Source: an uncultured Actinomycetes bacterium (lineage in GTDB: Bacteria; Actinomycetota; Acidimicrobiia; IMCC26256; DASPTH01). Taken from it: a stretch of 64,000 nucleotides of DNA. The position numbers were made by a program, and so were the translations under genes. Shown one piece after another: positions 57,381 to 64,000 of the stretch. The DNA lies in NCBI GenBank assembly GCA_963719245.1, contig CAVRBG010000006.1, positions 78,905-142,904 on the forward strand. Direction: 5' to 3'. Each line of letters starts with the position of its first letter. The stretch's first letter is position 1. The notes beneath the pieces were generated by a model. That model saw only the letters and a list, made by a program, of their open reading frames with translations. It ran no database searches and was not told the DNA's origin.

Positions 57381-57722
57381 ATGGACATCGAACAGTTCTA
57401 CGACGCAGATCCCCGCCGGCGCGAGTCGGAGGAGATCGAGTTCGGGCGCGAGTGGTCCGATGCCAATGGCCTCCGCACCGAGCTGTCGTGGGTGGCCGCC
57501 ACCGGTGAGCTCTACGCCATGGCCGAGCCCTCGGAGCCGGTGTTCATGGACCCGGTCGGCGACACCCGCGTCCCCGACCTGCCCACCGAGCTGGTCACCG
57601 TCGACATCCTCGGCGTGATCCCCGACCGTGCCCGGGTCGACCAGCTGCTCGCCGGCTGGGAGGGCGAGATGGAGAAGCCCAACAGCATCCAGTGGGTGCG
57701 CGACCGGATCAGCGCGAGCTGA
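57381..57722 (+). CDS. Hypothetical protein (113 aa)
   Basis: This is the tail of ORF 56604..57722(+), from MDIEQFYDADPRRRESEEIEFGREWSD.. Composition is protein-like. No family was recognised. Confidence 0.45.
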   Translation: MDIEQFYDADPRRRESEEIEFGREWSDANGLRTELSWVAATGELYAMAEPSEPVFMDPVGDTRVPDLPTELVTVDILGVIPDRARVDQLLAGWEGEMEKPNSIQWVRDRISAS

Positions 57723-59034
57723 TCGCCGTCTCGTACCCGGCGGCGGCGCGCTCGACGGCCACCGCTCGTTCCGCCGCCAGCGCGAAGCCCTCGTCGACCA
57801 GCGCGTCGTACGCCGACGCGTAGCGGTTCCGGTAGTCGTCGACGGTGCCGTAGCGCGCCACGAGCTCGTCGGCGGGGAACGGCTGCCAACCCCCGAAATT
57901 GCCGCAGACGTCGTCGATCGACGCGGTACCGCACGGCGCGAGTGCCGCCGGTTCGGCGCGCCCGAGCGGCACCTCGACCTCGGGCAGCCGCACCCCGCCG
58001 ACGGGTTGCGCGTCGTCGTCGACGAGCGGCACGCGCAACCCGACCCCGGGCAACGCGTTGAAGTGCTCGCTCGCGGGTGGTGCCGGCCCGAGCGCGAAGA
58101 ACACCGACGGCGGGAGTGCGGGCACGCCGTCGGGCAGCGTGGTCGCGCCGACCTCGCGGAACAGCCCGAGGAGCGTGGCCCGGATCGCGGGCGCCGCGCC
58201 GATGGGGTTCATGGGGACCTCGTGCCCGCCGTTGCACCCGAGCAGCCCGAACACCGCGTCGGGCGGCACGAGGGTCCCGGGCGCGTGCGGGCTCGGGAAG
58301 TCGTAGTGGCGCGCCCGGGACGGCACCGGAGCATCGCCGGACCGGCTGGCCCGCAGGCGGTAGTAGTCCGTGTAGCTGGAGATCTCGACCAGGAACGGGT
58401 CGCTGCCCGGCCGCGTGAGCAGGTCGGCGGCCGGGACCGGCACGCCGAAGGGCCGGGCGTAGGGCGACTGCGGCTCGCCGTCGTCGCCCCACCGGTTGAT
58501 CGCGAGCCAGTTCCCGCCGGAGAGGTAGGCGAACGCACCGTCGAAGACCCCGCGCCCCGACTCCGGGTCGACGTTGAACCCCTCGGCCACGAACGTGTTC
58601 ACGCACCATGACGACTGGCTCGCACCCGCGAGCACGCACACCCGGAACCGGTCCCGCAACCACCGGCCGAAGTCGCGCAGGATCACCAGGCCGACGCCCT
58701 GCGCGTGCCCGGGCACCCCTTCGGCGTGGCCGACCTGCCACTGGATCCGCGCGTAGCCGACCCGTCCGGCCGCGATCTCGGGGCCGGCCATGTCGTGGGT
58801 CGACCGGCCGCCGCGGTTCGCGGTGTCGACCAGGACGGCGTCGTGGCGGCCGCCGTCGGCGGGGCCGATCACCTCGAACTCGGAGCGCCACCGGTGGTCG
58901 GCGTCGAGCCCGACGACGCCGGCGGGCGACGCGACTCCCGACGCGGTGCCCCAGACGCGCTCCCAACCGTCGGATCCCGCCGGCTCGCGGCCGTCGATGA
59001 CGACGTCGAGTCCGGGGGCTCCCGTCATGCGCAC
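57709..59034 (-). CDS. Alpha/beta-hydrolase-domain-like protein (uncharacterised family)
   Basis: ORF 57709..59034(-), intact. It has a candidate nucleophile elbow (VLAGASQSSWCV) and a C-terminal CGNFGGWQPFPADELVARYGTVDDYRNRY.. segment. The family assignment is tentative. Confidence 0.5.
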   Translation of the reverse strand: MRMTGAPGLDVVIDGREPAGSDGWERVWGTASGVASPAGVVGLDADHRWRSEFEVIGPADGGRHDAVLVDTANRGGRSTHDMAGPEIAAGRVGYARIQWQVGHAEGVPGHAQGVGLVILRDFGRWLRDRFRVCVLAGASQSSWCVNTFVAEGFNVDPESGRGVFDGAFAYLSGGNWLAINRWGDDGEPQSPYARPFGVPVPAADLLTRPGSDPFLVEISSYTDYYRLRASRSGDAPVPSRARHYDFPSPHAPGTLVPPDAVFGLLGCNGGHEVPMNPIGAAPAIRATLLGLFREVGATTLPDGVPALPPSVFFALGPAPPASEHFNALPGVGLRVPLVDDDAQPVGGVRLPEVEVPLGRAEPAALAPCGTASIDDVCGNFGGWQPFPADELVARYGTVDDYRNRYASAYDALVDEGFALAAERAVAVERAAAGYETAISSR

Positions 59035-59086
59035 CTCCTCCGTTAGGGTTCGCGGTCCGCACCCTCACTGGAGGATTCACGTCCGC

Positions 59087-61423
59087 ATGAGCGACACCAT
59101 CGCACACGCGTCCGCCGGCCGGTACGTCGGTCAGGCGGTGCTCCGCAAGGAAGACCCCCGGCTCCTCACGGGACGCGGCCGCTACAACGACGACATCGCC
59201 CTTCCCGGCATGCTGCACGCCCACTTCGTGCGCAGCGACGTCGCCCGGGCGAAGTTCCGGGTCGACGTGTCGGCGGCGCGCGACGCCGAGGGCGTCGTCG
59301 CGGTGTTCACCGCCGCCGAGCTCAACGACAAGGTCGCGAACACGATGTACCCGTCGATGTTCGTCGGCGCCGAGGAGTTCATGTCGCCGATGTACCCGCT
59401 CGCGGTCGACGACGTGCGCTTCGTGGGTGATCCGATCGCGCTGGTCATCGCCCGCAGCCGGTATCTCGCCGAGGACGCGGCGGAGCTGATCGAGATCGAC
59501 TACGACGACATCGCCGACCCGATCATGGACTACGACGCTGCCCTGGCCGGCGACGGCAACGACGTCCACCCGAACCGTCCCGGCAACGTCGTGATGCAGA
59601 TGGCGGTGCCGATGTCCGACGACGGTCGCGCCGCGATCGAGTCGGCCGCGCACGTCGTGTCGCAGAGCTTCGTGCAGCATCGCTACTCGATGATCCCGAT
59701 GGAGTGCCGCGGCATCGTGGCGCACTGGGAGCCGTTCGACCAGCGGTTCGACATCTGGATGTCGAGCCAGAACCCGCACGAGGCCCGCCTGGCGTTCTCG
59801 CGCGCCACCGGCGTGCCCGAGAACCAGATCCGGGTGCAGATCGGCGACGTCGGCGGCGGGTTCGGCCTCAAGTCGTTCGTCGGGCGCGAGGAGATCGTGA
59901 TCACGATCGCCGCGCACGAGCTGGGTGCGGCGATCAAGTGGAGCGAGGACCGGCGCGAGAACCTCATCGCGTCCGCCCACGCGCGCCAGGAGAAGTGCGA
60001 CACCACTCTCGCGGTCGACGCCGACGGTGTGATCGTCGCCGCCGAGGTCAAGCACTTCGACGACGCCGGCGCCTACCCCATGCCCGGCGGCTCGGCGGGC
60101 CCGCTCGTCGGGATGTTGTTCACCGGCGCGTACCGCGTGCCGCACCTCGGGTGGGAGAGCACCGCGATCTACACCAACACCTGCGGCTCGGCGTCGTACC
60201 GCGGCCCGTGGATGATGGAGACCACGGCGCGCGAGCAGATGCTCGAGTACACGGCGCGCCAGATCGGCCTCGATCCGCTCGAGTTCCGTCGCCGCAACAT
60301 CCTCCACCGCTCCGACCTGCCCTACGCGTCGCCGGGCGGCATGGTCATCGAGAACGTCACCCCCGAGGAGACGCTCGAGCAGGCGGCCGCCGAGCTCGAC
60401 TACGACACGTTCCGCGCCGAGCAGGCCCGCGCCACCGCCGAGGGCCGGTACCTGGGGATCGGGTTCGCCGTCTACGTGGAACCGCAACCCGGCGTCGCCG
60501 CGTACGCGAACGAGCCCGCCCACGTGCGCATGCACCCCGACGGGCGGGTCGACGTGTTCATCGGCTCCGGCGCGCACGGGCAGGGCCTCGAGACGACGAC
60601 CGCGCAGCTCGTGGCCGAGAACCTCGGGATCGACTTCGACGACGTCACCGTGCGCCAGGGCGACACCGACAGCACGCCGTTCGGCCCCGGGACGGGCGGG
60701 AGCCGCAGCGGGCCGATGATCGGCCAGGCGGTCACCGAGGCGTCGCTCCTGCTGCGGGAGAAGGTCGTCGCCATCGCCGCGCACCTGCTCGAAGCGTCAC
60801 CCGACGACCTCGAGGTCGCCGAGGGCGTCGTGTCGGTCAAGGGCACGCCCACGAAGTCGGTGCCGGTGCAGCAGGTGGCGAACACCGCGTACCAGCAGTC
60901 GGCGACGCTGCCCCCCGAGCTCGACTCGCTGCTCGACGTGGTCCACCGCTCCATGGCGCCCGCGACCATGTGGTCGAACGCGACCCACGCCGCCACGGTC
61001 GAGGTCGACCCCGCGACCGGCAAGGTCGAGATCCTCCGGTACGTGGTGTCGGAGGACTGCGGGCGGATGATCAACCCCAACATCGTCGAGGGCCAGGTGC
61101 ACGGTGGTGTCGCCCAGGGCATCGGCGGCGTGCTGTACGAGCACAACGTCTACGACGCCGACGGCAACCCGCTGGCGTCGACGTTCATGGACTACCTGGT
61201 CCCGACGGCCCACGAGATCCCCGAGATCGAGACCTTCCACATCGAGTCCCCGGCGTCGACCGTCGGCGGCTACAAGGGGGTCGGCGAGGGCGGGGCGATC
61301 GGCGCCCCGGCGGCGGTGTTCAACGCGGTCGCCGACGCCATGGCTCAGCACGGCATCACCGTGCTCGACCAGCCGCTGGGCCCCGATGAGATCATGCAGA
61401 AGATCCGGGAGGCCGCGAAATGA
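59087..61423 (+). CDS. Xanthine dehydrogenase/aldehyde oxidase/CoxL-family molybdopterin-binding large subunit
   Basis: This is the tail of ORF 58790..61423(+), from MSDTIAHASAGRYVGQAVLRKEDPRLLTGRGRYNDDI (typical N-terminus). It also has ..GGGFGLK.. and ..YKGVGEGGAIGAPAAVFNAVADA.. It is 778 aa and intact. Confidence 0.85.
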   Translation: MSDTIAHASAGRYVGQAVLRKEDPRLLTGRGRYNDDIALPGMLHAHFVRSDVARAKFRVDVSAARDAEGVVAVFTAAELNDKVANTMYPSMFVGAEEFMSPMYPLAVDDVRFVGDPIALVIARSRYLAEDAAELIEIDYDDIADPIMDYDAALAGDGNDVHPNRPGNVVMQMAVPMSDDGRAAIESAAHVVSQSFVQHRYSMIPMECRGIVAHWEPFDQRFDIWMSSQNPHEARLAFSRATGVPENQIRVQIGDVGGGFGLKSFVGREEIVITIAAHELGAAIKWSEDRRENLIASAHARQEKCDTTLAVDADGVIVAAEVKHFDDAGAYPMPGGSAGPLVGMLFTGAYRVPHLGWESTAIYTNTCGSASYRGPWMMETTAREQMLEYTARQIGLDPLEFRRRNILHRSDLPYASPGGMVIENVTPEETLEQAAAELDYDTFRAEQARATAEGRYLGIGFAVYVEPQPGVAAYANEPAHVRMHPDGRVDVFIGSGAHGQGLETTTAQLVAENLGIDFDDVTVRQGDTDSTPFGPGTGGSRSGPMIGQAVTEASLLLREKVVAIAAHLLEASPDDLEVAEGVVSVKGTPTKSVPVQQVANTAYQQSATLPPELDSLLDVVHRSMAPATMWSNATHAATVEVDPATGKVEILRYVVSEDCGRMINPNIVEGQVHGGVAQGIGGVLYEHNVYDADGNPLASTFMDYLVPTAHEIPEIETFHIESPASTVGGYKGVGEGGAIGAPAAVFNAVADAMAQHGITVLDQPLGPDEIMQKIREAAK

Positions 61424-62634
61424 CCGCAACCGAGCTCTACTACGACCCCTACGACTACGCGATCGACGCGGACCCGTATCCGATCTGGCGGCGCCTCCGC
61501 GACGAGGCTCCCCTGTACTGGAACGAGCAGCACGGCTTCTACGCGCTCAGCCGCTACGACGACGTGCTCAACGGCCTGCTCGACACCGACACGTTCGTGT
61601 CGAGCCACGGCATCCTGCTCGAGATGATCACCGACGAGCCCTACGAGATCCCGATGATGATCATGATGGACGCGCCCGAGCACACGAAGCTGCGCAAGCT
61701 CGTGAGCCGCGCGTTCACGCCCCGGCGCATCGCCGATCTCGAGCGCAGGATCGCGAAGCTCTCCAACGACCTCCTCGACACGGTCGACGGCCAGGACGAG
61801 TTCGACTACATCGACACGTTCGCCGGGCTGCTCCCGCCCACGGTCATCCTCGCCCTCGTGGGCTATCCCGAGGGCCACGCGGCACAGTTCCGCGCCAAGG
61901 CCGACGAGAGCCTGCACATCGAAGACGGTGGCGTGACGCGGGGCCACCTCAATCGCAAACTGGTCTCGGAGAGCGGCGAGATCGACAACGAGGCGTTCGC
62001 CATCCTCCCGGAGCTGATGGAGCGGCGCCGCGCCGACCCCCAGGACGACCTGATCAGCGGACTGGTGCACGCGGAGATCGACGACGACGGCGTGTCCCGC
62101 AGGCTCACGTTGGAGGAGATCGTCGCGTTCGTGCAGCTGATCTCGTCGGCCGGCACCGAGACCGTCGCCCGACTGCTCGGCTTCGCGGCCGTGACGCTGG
62201 CCCAGCATCCCGACCAGCGCCAGGCGCTGGTCGACGACCCGTCGCTGGTCCCGAACGCGGTCGAGGAGCTGCTGCGGTACGAAGCACCGTCACCCACGCA
62301 GTCCCGGTGGGTCGCCCGCGACGTCGAGCTGCACGGGACCGTGGTGAAGCGCGGCTCGAAGATCTCCCTGCTCAACGGCTCCGGCGACCGCGACGAGCGC
62401 CACTTTCCCGACCCGGACACCTTCGACATCCATCGGGTGATCGATCGTCACCTGGCGTTGGGCTACGGCACCCACTTCTGCGTCGGCGCCGCGCTCGCCC
62501 GCCTCGAAGGCACGGTCGCGCTGCGCGAGACGCTGCGGCGGTTCCCGACGTGGGAGATCGACGAGAGCCGGCTCGAGCGCGTGCACACCAGCACCGTGCG
62601 CGGCTACGCATCGGTGCCCATGAGGGTCCGCTGA
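61420..62634 (+). CDS. Cytochrome P450
   Basis: ORF 61420..62634(+), intact, with an ATGA overlap on the upstream stop. I-helix SSAGTETV, EELLRY (ExxR), and heme loop LGYGTHFCVGAALAR. Confidence 0.9.
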   Translation: MTATELYYDPYDYAIDADPYPIWRRLRDEAPLYWNEQHGFYALSRYDDVLNGLLDTDTFVSSHGILLEMITDEPYEIPMMIMMDAPEHTKLRKLVSRAFTPRRIADLERRIAKLSNDLLDTVDGQDEFDYIDTFAGLLPPTVILALVGYPEGHAAQFRAKADESLHIEDGGVTRGHLNRKLVSESGEIDNEAFAILPELMERRRADPQDDLISGLVHAEIDDDGVSRRLTLEEIVAFVQLISSAGTETVARLLGFAAVTLAQHPDQRQALVDDPSLVPNAVEELLRYEAPSPTQSRWVARDVELHGTVVKRGSKISLLNGSGDRDERHFPDPDTFDIHRVIDRHLALGYGTHFCVGAALARLEGTVALRETLRRFPTWEIDESRLERVHTSTVRGYASVPMRVR

Positions 62635-62635
62635 G

Positions 62636-63869
62636 TTGGGCGCACTGTCCCATCTCCGCATCTGCGACCTGAGCGGACAACTGGCGGGAGCGGGGGCCAC
62701 CCGGTTCCTCGGCGCGTTCGGCGCCCAGGTCATCCGCATCGAGGACCCGGTGCGGCAGGGCTCGTGGGACATCGTCCGCGGCGCACCGCCGTTCGTCGAC
62801 GAGCGCCGCGGCATCGAGATGGGTGGCGGCTTCAACAACCACAACGTCGAGAAGCTCGGGATCACGCTCAACCTGCGCACCGAACGGGGCAAGCAGCTGC
62901 TGCGGGAGATCGTCGCCGTCTCCGACGTGGTCACGGAGAACTTCGCGGCCGGCGTGCTGGCGCGCATGGGCTTCCCGTACGAGGAGCTGCAGGCGATCAA
63001 GCCCGACATCATCTACGTGTCGAACTCCGGCTTCGGCGCGTGGGGGCCGAACTCCGAGTTCAAGACCTGGGGCCCGATCGTGCAGGCGGTGTCCGGACTC
63101 ACCTTCAGCTCGGGGCTCGCGGGAGAACCACCAGCCGGCTGGGGCTTCTCCTACATGGACCACATGGGCGCGAACGCGATGGCCGTCGCCATCCTGGCCG
63201 GACTGATCCATCGCAACCGCACCGGCGAGGGCCAGTGGATCGACATGGCGTGCACCGAGGCCGGTGCCATGTTCGTCGGACCCGACCTGCTCGACTACAC
63301 CGTGAACGGTCGTCCGCTGCGTCGCGACGGCCAGCCCGACTCCAACCGCAGCCACGCCCCCGCGCGCGCACCGCACGGGATCTACCCGGCCGGGGGTGAC
63401 GACAACTGGGTGGCCATCGCGTGCCGCGACGACGCCGACTGGGCCAACCTCGCCGCGGTGATCGACGAGCCGTGGGCCACCGACGCCCGCAACGACACGC
63501 TCGCCGAGCGCCTCGCTGTGCAGGACGCCCTCGACCAGCGGCTCGCGGCGTGGACGGTCGACGCGGGACCGGTTCGCGATCGCGCAGGCGGTACGCGCCG
63601 CCGGGGTGCCGGCGTCGGTCGTGGCGCGACCGGAGGACCGGATCGACCACGACCCGGGCACGAGCGAATGGGGTCTGTGGCCGACCGTCCACCACCGCGA
63701 GATGGGCGACGTCCGCGTCGACGGCATCCCCGTGCACCTCTCGGAGACCGACTGGTCGATCGAGCGCAGTGGACCGTGCCTGGGTGAGCACAACCACCAG
63801 GTGTTCTCGGAGCTCCTCGGTCTCGACGACAACGAGATCGACCAGCTGGCCAAGGACGGCGTCACGTGA
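62636..63869 (+). CDS. Family III CoA-transferase (CaiB/BaiF/MCR-like); one frame change
   Basis: ORF 62636..63787 (LRICDLSGQLAGAGATRFLGAFGAQVIRIEDP..VVTENFAAGVLARMG..) joins near 63562 to ORF 63606..63869 (..RDRFAIAQAVRAAGVPASVVARPEDRIDHDP..GPCLGEHN..). Confidence 0.8.
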
Positions 63870-64000
63870 CCGGCCCGCTGCACGGGCTGCGGGTGGTCGA
63901 GCTGGCGTCGGAGCACGCCGCGTTCGCGGGCAAGATGCTCGGCGACCTGGGCGCCGACGTGATCGTGATCGAGCCGCCGGGTGGCCATGCGAGCCGGGGC
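63866..64000 (+). CDS. Second family III CoA-transferase, N-terminal fragment (runs off the window)
   Basis: The GTG at 63866 overlaps the upstream stop (GTGA). My translation is MTGPLHGLRVVELASEHAAFAGKMLGDLGADVIVIEPPGGHASRG, the typical N-terminus of the family. Confidence 0.7.
   Translation, partial: MTGPLHGLRVVELASEHAAFAGKMLGDLGADVIVIEPPGGHASRG

Noticed and set aside
1-64000. Search by eye for rRNA, tRNA, CRISPR arrays, IS/transposase or integrase genes, and toxin-antitoxin pairs.
   Set aside because: Most intergenic gaps are short, and the largest are 344, 183, 177 and 128 bp. None shows tRNA-like cloverleaf segments or regularly spaced repeats, and no transposase or integrase motif was seen. 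Absence is based on visual inspection only, not on tRNAscan, Infernal or CRISPR finders.

Overview
This is a very high-G+C (by eye about 70%), densely coding, actinobacterial-type chromosomal window. Many adjacent genes overlap by 4 nt (ATGA/GTGA) at stop/start.

Three blocks:
1. 1-42.1 kb is an unusually large cell-envelope glycan assembly and decoration locus.
- It carries nine GT-C-type membrane glycosyltransferase genes: four PMT_2/ArnT-like paralogs, one PIG-V-like, one large GT-C-like, two ~1400-aa AftD-like, and one DUF2142.
- It also carries two polyprenyl-phosphate-type GT2 genes, a GT4, a nucleotide-sugar dehydrogenase, an epimerase/dehydratase and a flavoenzyme.
- Decoration genes include two acyltransferase-3 genes, a FemAB/GNAT-like gene, a deacetylase and several methyltransferases. 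A GH43 lipoprotein is also present.
- A ~7 kb insert containing an HNH (DUF222) gene sits between the two convergent AftD-like genes.
2. 42.2-49.6 kb is a complete Tad/Flp pilus operon in the order cpaB-tadZ-tadA-tadB-tadC-flp-tadE-tadE-tadG. It ends in a secreted PKD-like protein gene. It diverges from an excisionase-type HTH gene across a repeat-rich operator-like region.
3. 50-64 kb holds a secreted copper protein, a Liv-type ABC transporter, SDR/F420 oxidoreductases, an orphan XDH-type molybdoenzyme subunit coupled to a P450, and two CoA-transferases.

I recognised no rRNA, tRNA, CRISPR array or transposase.

Major caveat: many genes can only be read by joining ORF-track fragments across frame changes. 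These changes are strongly concentrated at 6-18 kb. Genes needing two or more frame changes are listed as pseudogene. Genes needing one are listed as CDS with a note, because an assembly indel is at least as likely as true disruption. All functional calls come from by-eye motif and architecture recognition; no database search was run.
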